Assembly (NCBI GenBank): GCA_038248345.1
Contig: JBBRXO010000003.1
Coordinates: 1-64,000, forward strand
Length of the DNA stretch: 64,000 nt
Origin: Armatimonadota bacterium
GTDB taxonomy: Bacteria > Armatimonadota > Hebobacteria > CAIYQO01
Direction of reading: 5' to 3'
Part shown: positions 43,312 to 51,942 of the stretch, one piece after another
How positions within the stretch are numbered: position 1 is the first letter of the stretch
Layout of the letters: every line of letters begins with the position of its first letter
Position numbers and translations under genes: made by a program
The notes under the pieces: model-generated
The model's database searches: none
Seen by the model: the letters and a program-made list of their open reading frames with translations, nothing else
Told to the model about the DNA's origin: nothing

Positions 43312-44232
43312 TTGATAGAGCAACAATTGATCGAAGGTAGTGTTTTTGATATTCAAAGGTTCTCGCTTCATGATGGTCCGGGGATTCGCACTACTGTTTT
43401 TCTCAAAGGATGTCCGCTACGCTGCAATTGGTGTCACAATCCAGAAGGGTGGGAGCGTGCACCGCAACTACGATTGGCAGTAAATAGCTGCACACGCTGT
43501 GGGCGCTGTACCGAGATGTGCCTCCATGACGCCCATCTGGTGACATCGGCAGAGCATCGCTTTTACCCGGATCGCTGCATAAGATGTGGTCGCTGTATTG
43601 ATGCTTGTCCAGTACTGGCATTAGAGTGGGTGGGCAAGCAGATGGATGTGGAAGCTGTTATGGCAGTCGTACGCCGCGACCAGCCGTTCTATCAAACATC
43701 AGGCGGAGGTATGACACTTTCCGGGGGCGAGCCCTTGGTACAACCACACTTCGCATTGGCGCTTTTACAATCGGCACGTACCGAGGGCATCTCAACCGCT
43801 ATCGAAACCACGGCTCGCGCATCATGGGATATTCTTACATCGATTCAGCCTTATGTCGACCTTTTCCTCGTCGATCTTAAACATACAGACCTGGTGCGGC
43901 ATCGCGAACTTACTGGCATAGATAATGTGTTGATCCTCGATAATATCACCCATATGATCGAGGAAGGTTGGCCGGTTATCCTACGTATCCCCTGGGTTCC
44001 TTCGCAGAATGCTGAACAGGGATTCCTTGACGGTCTCATCACCTTTCTATCAGCTTTTGCGACACTACCAAAAGTAATTTTTTTGCTCTATCATCGCCTT
44101 GACCGAAGCAAATGGCAGGGGCTGGGCGGCGACTCACCTATGCCTGATGTCGCCGCCGCTCTGGAAGAGGAGGTAGCGCCCTGGATCAGCCGCCTGGCAG
44201 AGATCGGCGTTGACGCTACCGTATCGAAGTAG
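43312..44232 (+). CDS. Glycyl-radical enzyme activating protein (radical SAM with ferredoxin insert)
   Basis: IQRFSLHDGPGIRTTVFLKGCPLRCNWCHNPE, two CxxCxxCxxxC motifs, GGGMTLSGGEP. Confidence 0.9.
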   Translation: MIEQQLIEGSVFDIQRFSLHDGPGIRTTVFLKGCPLRCNWCHNPEGWERAPQLRLAVNSCTRCGRCTEMCLHDAHLVTSAEHRFYPDRCIRCGRCIDACPVLALEWVGKQMDVEAVMAVVRRDQPFYQTSGGGMTLSGGEPLVQPHFALALLQSARTEGISTAIETTARASWDILTSIQPYVDLFLVDLKHTDLVRHRELTGIDNVLILDNITHMIEEGWPVILRIPWVPSQNAEQGFLDGLITFLSAFATLPKVIFLLYHRLDRSKWQGLGGDSPMPDVAAALEEEVAPWISRLAEIGVDATVSK

Positions 44233-44234
44233 AT

Positions 44235-45263
44235 TTACAGATATACTACCTGTCCAGTTTGTTCTGCTACTGACATGGCCTGCATTACTGTAATAGCAGC
44301 CACAATTTGTGCTGGTGTTGTGATATCTTCGCTGACTTCACCACGTACCCGTTGGGCGAAAAACTCCCAGTCGTATTCTCCGGCACGATAATGGATAATC
44401 TCTTCAGTCACTCCGTCATCTGTGGAGAGGGTGATGTGGCTTACTGGATGATCATCTTGTGATTTAGGGCCGGTATGATAATAGATTACGCCTTTTGTTC
44501 CTCCGATGGTCAAGGCGTTCTTATACATATCCGGACCTCCTACAACAAACGACGCCATAATATTGATAATTCCACCGTCAGCAAAGCCTATCGTCACGCT
44601 AGCATTGTCTGGAGTTGGGCGGTGCGTTTCAATGCGTGCATGGGTTACCTGTACAGATTTGGGGGTATCAAAGATGGTCAACAATCCATTCAAAGGGTAA
44701 ATACCGAGACGAAATATCGGGGCGACCGGGCACCGGGCTGGGTCATCGTACCATGTGCCATCGGCGGGTGTCGGCCCATAGTATGCCCATACATTACTCT
44801 GCGCCAGCACCGGACGCCCGATAGCTCCGCTATCTATCCAGCGCTTAATAATTGCCATCTCACCAAATGGACGCATATTGGGCGAATTGAGATGCACCAC
44901 CCGCCCAAGTGATTTTGCTTCCTCAAGCACAGCCAGCCCCGCTTGTGGATCAATTTCAAACGGTTTCGTCGTCATTACATCTTTACCGGCATTAATGATT
45001 TGTCGGATAAGTCCGGCGCGCCCACTAGGGCCGGTATATAACCCGATGGCATCAATTGCTGGATCGGTAAGCATGTCGTCCAGACTATTCGCCACTATTA
45101 GGCCGTAATCTGCCGCACATTTTTCCGCTTTCTCGCGATCCAGATCACAGACATGCGTTAATTTCACCGGCAAATCCTTGTCGGCCATGAGCATATCGAC
45201 AACATGATGGCCGAAATTAAGCCCCACAAGTCCTAATCGGATCGGATTATCGTTAGATTTCAT
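44235..45263 (-). CDS. Gfo/Idh/MocA-family oxidoreductase
   Basis: N-terminal Rossmann fold LGLVGLNFG, VCDLD, GKDVMTTKP. Confidence 0.85.
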   Translation of the reverse strand: MKSNDNPIRLGLVGLNFGHHVVDMLMADKDLPVKLTHVCDLDREKAEKCAADYGLIVANSLDDMLTDPAIDAIGLYTGPSGRAGLIRQIINAGKDVMTTKPFEIDPQAGLAVLEEAKSLGRVVHLNSPNMRPFGEMAIIKRWIDSGAIGRPVLAQSNVWAYYGPTPADGTWYDDPARCPVAPIFRLGIYPLNGLLTIFDTPKSVQVTHARIETHRPTPDNASVTIGFADGGIINIMASFVVGGPDMYKNALTIGGTKGVIYYHTGPKSQDDHPVSHITLSTDDGVTEEIIHYRAGEYDWEFFAQRVRGEVSEDITTPAQIVAAITVMQAMSVAEQTGQVVYL

Positions 45264-45461
45264 AGTAAACTCCTTCGAGGTTATTAGCCAGTAAAGATAT
45301 TTCGCCGTCGTAACTTGTATACCTGCTAGATATCAACTGTCAGTACAAATAAGGAATAACCGTGATTTCATCCAGTAGCAACGTATGTCGACATTGCGGT
45401 ATAAACTATTATGGTATAGTTGAGCCAGGAAGAATGTGAAGATATGAGGTGAATTACACTA

Positions 45462-45730
45462 ATGCAAATCAAACACAAATATCGCACTGTATGTTCCATG
45501 CTACTAGTTATGGTGTGCGCAATCGCAGGTAGGGTGCAGGATGTGGATTGGCGAATACATGACGCCGGGTGCAATCGCTGATTGTAAATGCTTCTTTCGC
45601 TGATGCACGTGTGGGTTGGGCCACTGGTCTTTGCAATATCATTTCCACCAGTGACGGCGGGCAGACGTTGAGTACACAGTGGTCGAAGGGCGGGCTTACT
45701 GACGACCATGGGAGGTGTGGGAATGAGTAG
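45462..45730 (+). pseudogene. Remnant of a secreted Ycf48/BNR (Asp-box) repeat protein
   Basis: RBS GAGGTG and a signal-peptide-like start; frameshift at ~45579 leads into ASFADARVGWATGLCNIISTSDGGQTL; truncated. Confidence 0.5.
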
Positions 45731-45760
45731 AGTTTGACTATATGGATGATGACCACGTTA

Positions 45761-46861
45761 TCATCCATATATATCTACCGCTCGTTGTTTGAACTCCTGA
45801 TAACAGTTTCCGCCATCACCTGGGAATCCGGCATGTTGCACGAGGAATATGGTTATTAGCCCAAGTTTTTTATTGACTTCCATATTTGTCGAGACCGCGC
45901 CACTATGACCAAAGGTGTTCTCACCGATGTCCCAGCCATATCCGTAGCTTTCCTGCCATGTTGGGTCGGTATGGCGGGTGGTCATTTTGGTAACGGCTGC
46001 TTCTGAAAGATAGCGGTTCCCGGCATATATCCCACCATTTAATATCATCTGGCAGAAGACAGCGCAGTCGCTGGCTGTGGAGAAAAGACCACCGCCCGGC
46101 ATCGCAAAACGGCTTCGATCATTAAAGGGGTAGCGCAACTGAACAAGCAGATGTTCTTCAATGCCTTTTCCATCAGTGGTGGGACGATAGCATTTCGCTA
46201 GTCGTCCTATCTGTTCGTCACTGGGCCAGAAAGTTGTGTCCTTCATTCCAAGTGGGTGAAAGATGCGCTCATCCAGGAAGGTCTCATAGGGGATACCACA
46301 GACCACTTCCACAATGCGTGCCGCAGTATTAATGCCCGCATTCGAGTATTGGTATTTGCTACCAGGAGCAGATTGTAATGGGGTAGCCGCATAGCTGCGC
46401 ACGGTAACGTGCAACGGCAGCATATCCCGCGTCGGACCTTCTATTGACGTGCTGAAGGGTAGTCCGCTGGTGTGGGCCAGTAGGTGGTGAACCGCGATGG
46501 CAGGGGAGGGTCGAACAAGCAGCTGATGCTTATTGTCCTGCTCGGCGACCTGCCACGCATCATTGTACTCCGGCAGGTACTCCGCGACCGGAGCTTCTAC
46601 ATCTACTTTACCTTCATCGACTAGCATCATCAACGCAGTAGCTGCTATTGGTTTCGACTGTGAGGCGATCCAAAACAACGAATCGGACTGCATGGGAGCC
46701 TGCGCTTTGACATCTGCATATCCAACAACTTCCAGGTCAAGCACGGTGTCAATATCAGCCACCAGTAGTACTGCCCCGGCTAATTCGTGTCGATCTACGT
46801 AAGGCTGCATGAGAGCTGCCAACATGTTGTCGGATCCAGTTGAATGAGGACTATAAGCCAT
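45761..46861 (-). CDS. Serine hydrolase, beta-lactamase/esterase family
   Basis: FWIASQSK (SxxK), LLAHTSG, YQYSN, PLGMKDT, GGGLFST and FGHSG motifs. Confidence 0.9.
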   Translation of the reverse strand: MAYSPHSTGSDNMLAALMQPYVDRHELAGAVLLVADIDTVLDLEVVGYADVKAQAPMQSDSLFWIASQSKPIAATALMMLVDEGKVDVEAPVAEYLPEYNDAWQVAEQDNKHQLLVRPSPAIAVHHLLAHTSGLPFSTSIEGPTRDMLPLHVTVRSYAATPLQSAPGSKYQYSNAGINTAARIVEVVCGIPYETFLDERIFHPLGMKDTTFWPSDEQIGRLAKCYRPTTDGKGIEEHLLVQLRYPFNDRSRFAMPGGGLFSTASDCAVFCQMILNGGIYAGNRYLSEAAVTKMTTRHTDPTWQESYGYGWDIGENTFGHSGAVSTNMEVNKKLGLITIFLVQHAGFPGDGGNCYQEFKQRAVDIYG

Positions 46862-46896
46862 AGAATTATCTCTGCTGTGGGATTCGTCTAAATACT

Positions 46897-46931
46897 ATTA
46901 TCTGCAGGGATAAATAATCCCTGCAGATAAT
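46897..46931. terminator. Perfect 15-bp inverted repeat, probably a terminator or stabilising hairpin after the SGNH gene
   Basis: ATTATCTGCAGGGAT-AAATA-ATCCCTGCAGATAAT. Confidence 0.55.
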
Positions 46932-46970
46932 CAATGTCTTTGTTTATAGTTGCTGCTCTCGTCGTAACAG

Positions 46971-48401
46971 CTATTTGGTAAGTTGGCTGAAAGCATCTGC
47001 CGGTATCTTCTGGTTTACAACGTTTGGCCCGCTGTAATAAACGTCCAACGCGTATCCGCCACCCCCCTGGTGGAATACTACTGATATTGGATGTTTCCCC
47101 GCTTTCAAAGCGATAGTGCCTTGTTGCACTACTGGCCCGTGCATACCTTCATTATTCACCACCAGCTTTTCTCCAATGAAAAGTTTGCTTCCGTCATCAG
47201 AGTTCGTGCTGAAGGTATACATTCCATTAGTAGCTACCTCGATATACCCAGAATATTTCACGGCGAAATTCACTTCGCGTTTGCGCATAGCCAGATCGAT
47301 AGTTTTAGTTGTACCACTGGCGGTTGCGGTCAACGCGGGGAAGTCAGGAAGCCCTTGCCAGTCCCCTTCATAATAATCGTAGTTAAGACCGGGAGTAGTA
47401 GTAACTATCACTGGCTCACGTGGGATTTCTTTGGTGAATGTAACCGTGATGACACGACTGTCAGGTTGTCCGTCCATGGCGGCGTAAGCTTTGACGGTGG
47501 TAGTAGCATCAATAGTTACCGGTTTGGTGTAAAGCGCTGATTTTGTATTTGGTTCCGTGCCATCGAGCGTATAGTAGATATTGGCGCCTTTGGCGCCATT
47601 TTGCATACGGACGTTGATGATGAGCGTTGTTGCGTCTAGGAAACTTCCGCCCTTGATGCCTACAGAGAGCGGAGCGCTTTTCATCGCAATCAGTAAACTT
47701 TTTGCCGCTTCTTGCGCTACCAGCGCATTGCCTTCGCCACTGAGGTGTACGCCGTCGGCAGTTAACGCCGGATGCTTTTCGCCACCGGCAGTAATTGTAT
47801 CAGCAAAGGCGAGCCGAAGATCGCAGAGCTCCACATTCATATCATTGGCAACTTTGCGACTGATATCAGCATACTGATCCAATTGCTTGTCGTTTGGGTT
47901 TGTTCCCATCGGTTTTTCGCCGATGACCGTTGGTGTGGCCAATACGACTTGGATTCCCTGTGCTTGGAATTTGGTGATAAGATCGCGTAAGCCAGCTTCA
48001 AATGCATCAGGCTTGGTACCATTTGCGCCGTGCCATACATCATTGATGCCGATATAGATGAAGACCACGGTCGGATCCTTTGACAGCACATCACGATCAA
48101 TACGTGCCTGCAAATCAGGAACCTTATGACCGGAGATACCTGCATTAATAACTGTTACTGCAGGATGACCAGCGGCCAGAAAAGCTCCGCGGAGTAAACC
48201 TAGATATCCATTGGGGCCATCACCACCTGCTGTAATGGAGTCGCCAAAGCAAACAATTCGATCACCATCAATAAAAGGGGTGCCGGGCTGGGTGAGGGCA
48301 GCCAACGGGGCCGGAAGTACAGCTTGTGCCTGGGCTACCACGGTGATAAAGCCGAGGGCAAGGGCACAGCAGAACAGAGGGAACCATGATTTTAGTCGCA
48401 T
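46971..48401 (-). CDS. Secreted SGNH/GDSL esterase with Fn3-associated and PA14 domains
   Basis: Signal peptide; GDSIT, NAGISG, GINDVW, DGVH; IYYTLDGTEP; PA14 SDDGSKLFI...GKHPI. Confidence 0.9.
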   Translation of the reverse strand: MRLKSWFPLFCCALALGFITVVAQAQAVLPAPLAALTQPGTPFIDGDRIVCFGDSITAGGDGPNGYLGLLRGAFLAAGHPAVTVINAGISGHKVPDLQARIDRDVLSKDPTVVFIYIGINDVWHGANGTKPDAFEAGLRDLITKFQAQGIQVVLATPTVIGEKPMGTNPNDKQLDQYADISRKVANDMNVELCDLRLAFADTITAGGEKHPALTADGVHLSGEGNALVAQEAAKSLLIAMKSAPLSVGIKGGSFLDATTLIINVRMQNGAKGANIYYTLDGTEPNTKSALYTKPVTIDATTTVKAYAAMDGQPDSRVITVTFTKEIPREPVIVTTTPGLNYDYYEGDWQGLPDFPALTATASGTTKTIDLAMRKREVNFAVKYSGYIEVATNGMYTFSTNSDDGSKLFIGEKLVVNNEGMHGPVVQQGTIALKAGKHPISVVFHQGGGGYALDVYYSGPNVVNQKIPADAFSQLTK

Positions 48402-48596
48402 ACGAACTCCTTATTTTTTGTTAGATACAGCATTAGACACCGGATCTGCGATACATTACTGGCATATTGTCGCATTATTCAAAAGTATATGCAATATTTA
48501 CGATTTGCTCTATAAGCCAGAATTTGTCTGTTTACATTGAAGATTGCTCTATGGTACCATGAAATACATTCGATACTTGTACAGAAAGGAGAAATT

Positions 48597-49244
48597 ATGA
48601 AGCAGTTATTTTTGCCACGCGTGACGGATTTTACCGTAACCGGCGATGGGTCAAATCCGGCATGGGACTCCACAGCCTGGGAGACGATAACTCGTGTTGG
48701 TGGAGAAAGAGCTTACGCTACCCGCGCCAAGTCGGTCTACTCTACCACCGGGATATACTTTCTGGTAGATTGTGAAGATTTACAACTCACCTGCTCATTG
48801 ACAGAGGATTTTGCTGACCTGTACGTTGAAGACGTAGTGGAGGTGTTCCTCTGGCCAGATGAGAAAACCCCCAACTATTTTGAGTATGAGATATCACCGC
48901 TTAATGTGGAGTTGCCTATTATCGTTACAAATAATGAGGGCGTTTTCCATGGCTGGTTACCCTGGCATTTTACCGGTGAGCGCAAAACTCGCAAAGCAGC
49001 AACTGTCACTGGCGGTGAGCAGGCATCAATGGCCTCCGTCACGGGGTGGTGTGTTGAGTTCTTTATCCCCTTCGCGCTACTCACCGGATTAGGCAATGTA
49101 CCCCCGACACCTGGCATGACTTGGCGTGGTAACATCTATCGTATTGACTACGACGCCAGCCCAACACACTGGGCTTGGGACCCGGACACAAAAACGAATT
49201 TCCATGACTACGAGCACTTTGGTGAACTGGTCTTTGGCGAATAG
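48597..49244 (+). CDS. CBM9-like carbohydrate-binding protein
   Basis: EDVVEVFL, YFEYEISP, WCVEFFIPF, WRGNIYRID and NFH motifs; RBS AAAGGAG. Confidence 0.8.
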   Translation: MKQLFLPRVTDFTVTGDGSNPAWDSTAWETITRVGGERAYATRAKSVYSTTGIYFLVDCEDLQLTCSLTEDFADLYVEDVVEVFLWPDEKTPNYFEYEISPLNVELPIIVTNNEGVFHGWLPWHFTGERKTRKAATVTGGEQASMASVTGWCVEFFIPFALLTGLGNVPPTPGMTWRGNIYRIDYDASPTHWAWDPDTKTNFHDYEHFGELVFGE

Positions 49245-49259
49245 GCGAGAGGTATAGTA

Positions 49260-50435
49260 ATGACTAAACGTGAACGTTTTTTAGCAGCTATGACAAACAA
49301 GGTGCCTGATAGAGTACCGGTGGCGCCTGATTTCTCCAATTATATCCCGGCCCGTCGTACCGGGCTACCATTCTGGGATATCTATTTTAATGGTACCATC
49401 CCACTCTGGCAGGCGTACCTGGATACAGCCGATTATTTCGGAGCGGAAGCCTGGATCGCGTCGTGTTTCGGGGTGCCATTATTAATGGAGCCGACTGCAA
49501 CGGAGTATCACCATGAAGATATTTTCGATGCGAGTAATGACGCCATGATACGCAGGTGGACCATGCGGACGGCACTGGGAGAACTGGATGGGCGCGATCA
49601 ATGTTATCGCTACGATCCGCCCTCACCAGTGGTAAAGCCCATTAAAGAGTTGGAACGCGACTTCCCGATCTGGAAATCTGCGCAATCATTACCACGTGCG
49701 CTAGATATGGCTGTTTGGGACGAAGTACGTGCTGCGTGTGAACAACGAGAGCAAGCATTCGGTGCTACCATAGGGTATCCTGGCTTTCAGGGATGGATGG
49801 GTGTGGTAGAAGATGGCATCATGCAATTGTCAGTAGCAGACATGGAGACACCAGAGCTACTTGAAGAGTGGCTGGAATGGGATATGGCCGTGGGTACACG
49901 TGCGATGGAGCTTCTTATCGCCGCCAAGCCGGACTATATCCTATTGGGTGGCTCCGGTACCATAACCTTATCTTCACCCAGATTAGCCCGCAAGTACGCT
50001 TTGCCCGGGTTAAAGAAGTTCTCCCAGATGGCCAAAGAAGCGGGTATCCCCACCATGGTACACAGCTGCGGCAAGTCAATGGCGCTAGTAGAGATGCTGG
50101 CCGAAGAAACGGATGTAAATTGCCTCAACCCATTGGAGATTCCGCCAATGGGCGATGCCGATCTGGCCAAGGTAAAACGTAAGTATGGACAGCAAATAAG
50201 CCTGATGGGTAACCTGCATACCACTGAAGTTATACTCCATAGTACTCCCCAACAGGTGCAACAAGCAGCAATCCAAGCAATGAAAGATGCCGGGCAGGGT
50301 GGGGGATTCATCCTCTCCACTGGCGACCAATGTCCACGTGACACCCCCGATGAAAATATCTTCGCTTTAGTAGAAGCAGCACATACCTTCGGTGTTTATA
50401 ATCAAGCCACAGGAACGTTGACGGAGTTATCGTAA
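49260..50435 (+). CDS. Uroporphyrinogen decarboxylase-family (MtaA/CmuA-like) protein
   Basis: MTKRER...PDRVPV, VHSCG, MGNL, GGGFILSTGDQCP and TPDENI motifs. Confidence 0.8.
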   Translation: MTKRERFLAAMTNKVPDRVPVAPDFSNYIPARRTGLPFWDIYFNGTIPLWQAYLDTADYFGAEAWIASCFGVPLLMEPTATEYHHEDIFDASNDAMIRRWTMRTALGELDGRDQCYRYDPPSPVVKPIKELERDFPIWKSAQSLPRALDMAVWDEVRAACEQREQAFGATIGYPGFQGWMGVVEDGIMQLSVADMETPELLEEWLEWDMAVGTRAMELLIAAKPDYILLGGSGTITLSSPRLARKYALPGLKKFSQMAKEAGIPTMVHSCGKSMALVEMLAEETDVNCLNPLEIPPMGDADLAKVKRKYGQQISLMGNLHTTEVILHSTPQQVQQAAIQAMKDAGQGGGFILSTGDQCPRDTPDENIFALVEAAHTFGVYNQATGTLTELS

Positions 50436-50479
50436 AGTTGAAGTAAGGTTGAGCAATAGCAGGACTGGCGATGAACCTG

Positions 50480-51796
50480 TTAAACATCATACCGTTTCCG
50501 CAGCCCGTTCTGTGGATCACCTATCGGCGTTCGTTGCGCTGACCCCAGCAGGGCCGCCCGCGATATCGTCAATTCCCCATAGCGGTCGTTGATGGTATCC
50601 AGCGCTCGCTGCAGCGATCTTTTGCTCACCAGGTCTTCCGTCAGCGACAACTGCATCGGATGCTTGCCCAGTTCGCTCACGCTGACGTGCAGTTGGATCA
50701 CCGGATGCGGCAACTGCCCCACCGGCAGGAAGCGCTGCGCCGCCTGGTAGAGCACCTGGCTGTCATCGCTGGCCTCCGGCAACCGGTAGCGCCCGCCGCG
50801 CCCGCGCTCCTCCTCCGGCCCCAGCTCCCCCGCGTAGGCCACCCAGCAGTGGAAGACGCGCCCGCGGTAGCCCCCCCGGCGCAGCCGCCGTCCTACCCGC
50901 TCGCACAGTCGCAGCAGCACGCTGTCCACCTCCTCGCGCCGTGTGGCGGACACCGGCAGGGTTATTGAATGCCCCATCGACTTCTCCGCTGCCTGCCCGT
51001 GATACGGGTTGACGGGGGAAAGGTCTATCCCCTGCCCCCACAGCCAGTACAGGTGGCCCAGCACCCCAAACTCACGCACTAGCCCGGCGCGTGGGAAGCG
51101 CCCCAGTTGCGATACCGTGTAGATGCCCAGCTTCGCCAGCCGCTTCGCCACCCGTGATCCAATGCCGCATATATCCATCAGCGCAATCTGCGGCAGCAGC
51201 GCGGGCACCTGCGCTGCCGTGACGTGGGTGATGCCATCCGGTTTGTGGAAGTGCGACACCAGCTTGGCGATCATCTTGTTCGGCCCGATGCCGATGGAGG
51301 TGGTGACAGTCTCCCCCAGCGCCTCACGCAGCGCCCGCTTGATGGCCTGCGCCAGCATATGCACATCGCCGAACTTCCCCACGATCTCCGTGACATCCAT
51401 GAAGGACTCATCGATAGAGAACGGCTCCACTTTGTCGGTGAAGCTCGTCAGCACCTTCAGCGCACGCGTACACAGCTCCACATACATGTCCATATCGGGG
51501 CTAACCAGGATGATATCGGGACAGAGGCGCAGCGCGTCGCTGACAAAGGTACCTGTTTTGATGCCGCGTTTCTTCGCCTCCGGCGAGGCGGCGATGAGCA
51601 TCGTCCCCCGCGCCGGCCCGCGTATCCCCACCGGCCGATCGCGCAACGGCGGGTACGCCTGCTGCATACAGCGCGCGAAATAGGAATCGAAGTCCAGCAG
51701 AAAGATGACCCGCTCCTCCACCGCCTCCGGGCAAAATGCCGCCTGCGCCTGTGCCTGCAAACTACTCTTCATCGCCGCGCGAAATCCGGTAACCAT
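50480..51796 (-). CDS. dinB: Y-family DNA polymerase IV
   Basis: DFDSYFA, AASPEAKKRGIKTG, SIDESF, SIGIGPNKMIAK, KPDG, GIG and KSMGH motifs. Confidence 0.92.
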   Translation of the reverse strand: MVTGFRAAMKSSLQAQAQAAFCPEAVEERVIFLLDFDSYFARCMQQAYPPLRDRPVGIRGPARGTMLIAASPEAKKRGIKTGTFVSDALRLCPDIILVSPDMDMYVELCTRALKVLTSFTDKVEPFSIDESFMDVTEIVGKFGDVHMLAQAIKRALREALGETVTTSIGIGPNKMIAKLVSHFHKPDGITHVTAAQVPALLPQIALMDICGIGSRVAKRLAKLGIYTVSQLGRFPRAGLVREFGVLGHLYWLWGQGIDLSPVNPYHGQAAEKSMGHSITLPVSATRREEVDSVLLRLCERVGRRLRRGGYRGRVFHCWVAYAGELGPEEERGRGGRYRLPEASDDSQVLYQAAQRFLPVGQLPHPVIQLHVSVSELGKHPMQLSLTEDLVSKRSLQRALDTINDRYGELTISRAALLGSAQRTPIGDPQNGLRKRYDV

Positions 51797-51802
51797 GCAG
51801 TT

Positions 51803-51831
51803 ATTCTACTGCAAACATCTGTGTGTGTAAA
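51803..51831 (-). promoter_or_regulatory. Sigma70 promoter of dinB with an SOS-box-like spacer
   Basis: Minus strand TTTACA-N17-TAGAAT, 6 nt before the ATG; spacer contains CAAAC-ATCT-GTGTG, resembling CGAAC-N4-GTTCG. Confidence 0.55.
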
Positions 51832-51942
51832 GTGGTGATGCGGGGACATTGGGCGGTAATTTGTATTTTTCTTCACAATGCATGCAGGAGTATCGCTTGC
51901 AAATGTCGTAATTGTAAATATCCAAAGTTAAGGAAGTGTAAT

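Noticed and set aside
45761..46861. Beta-lactam resistance gene (also the MBL-fold gene and VanW)
   Set aside because: These show only generic family motifs. The serine hydrolase has no signal peptide, and nothing points to resistance specifically.
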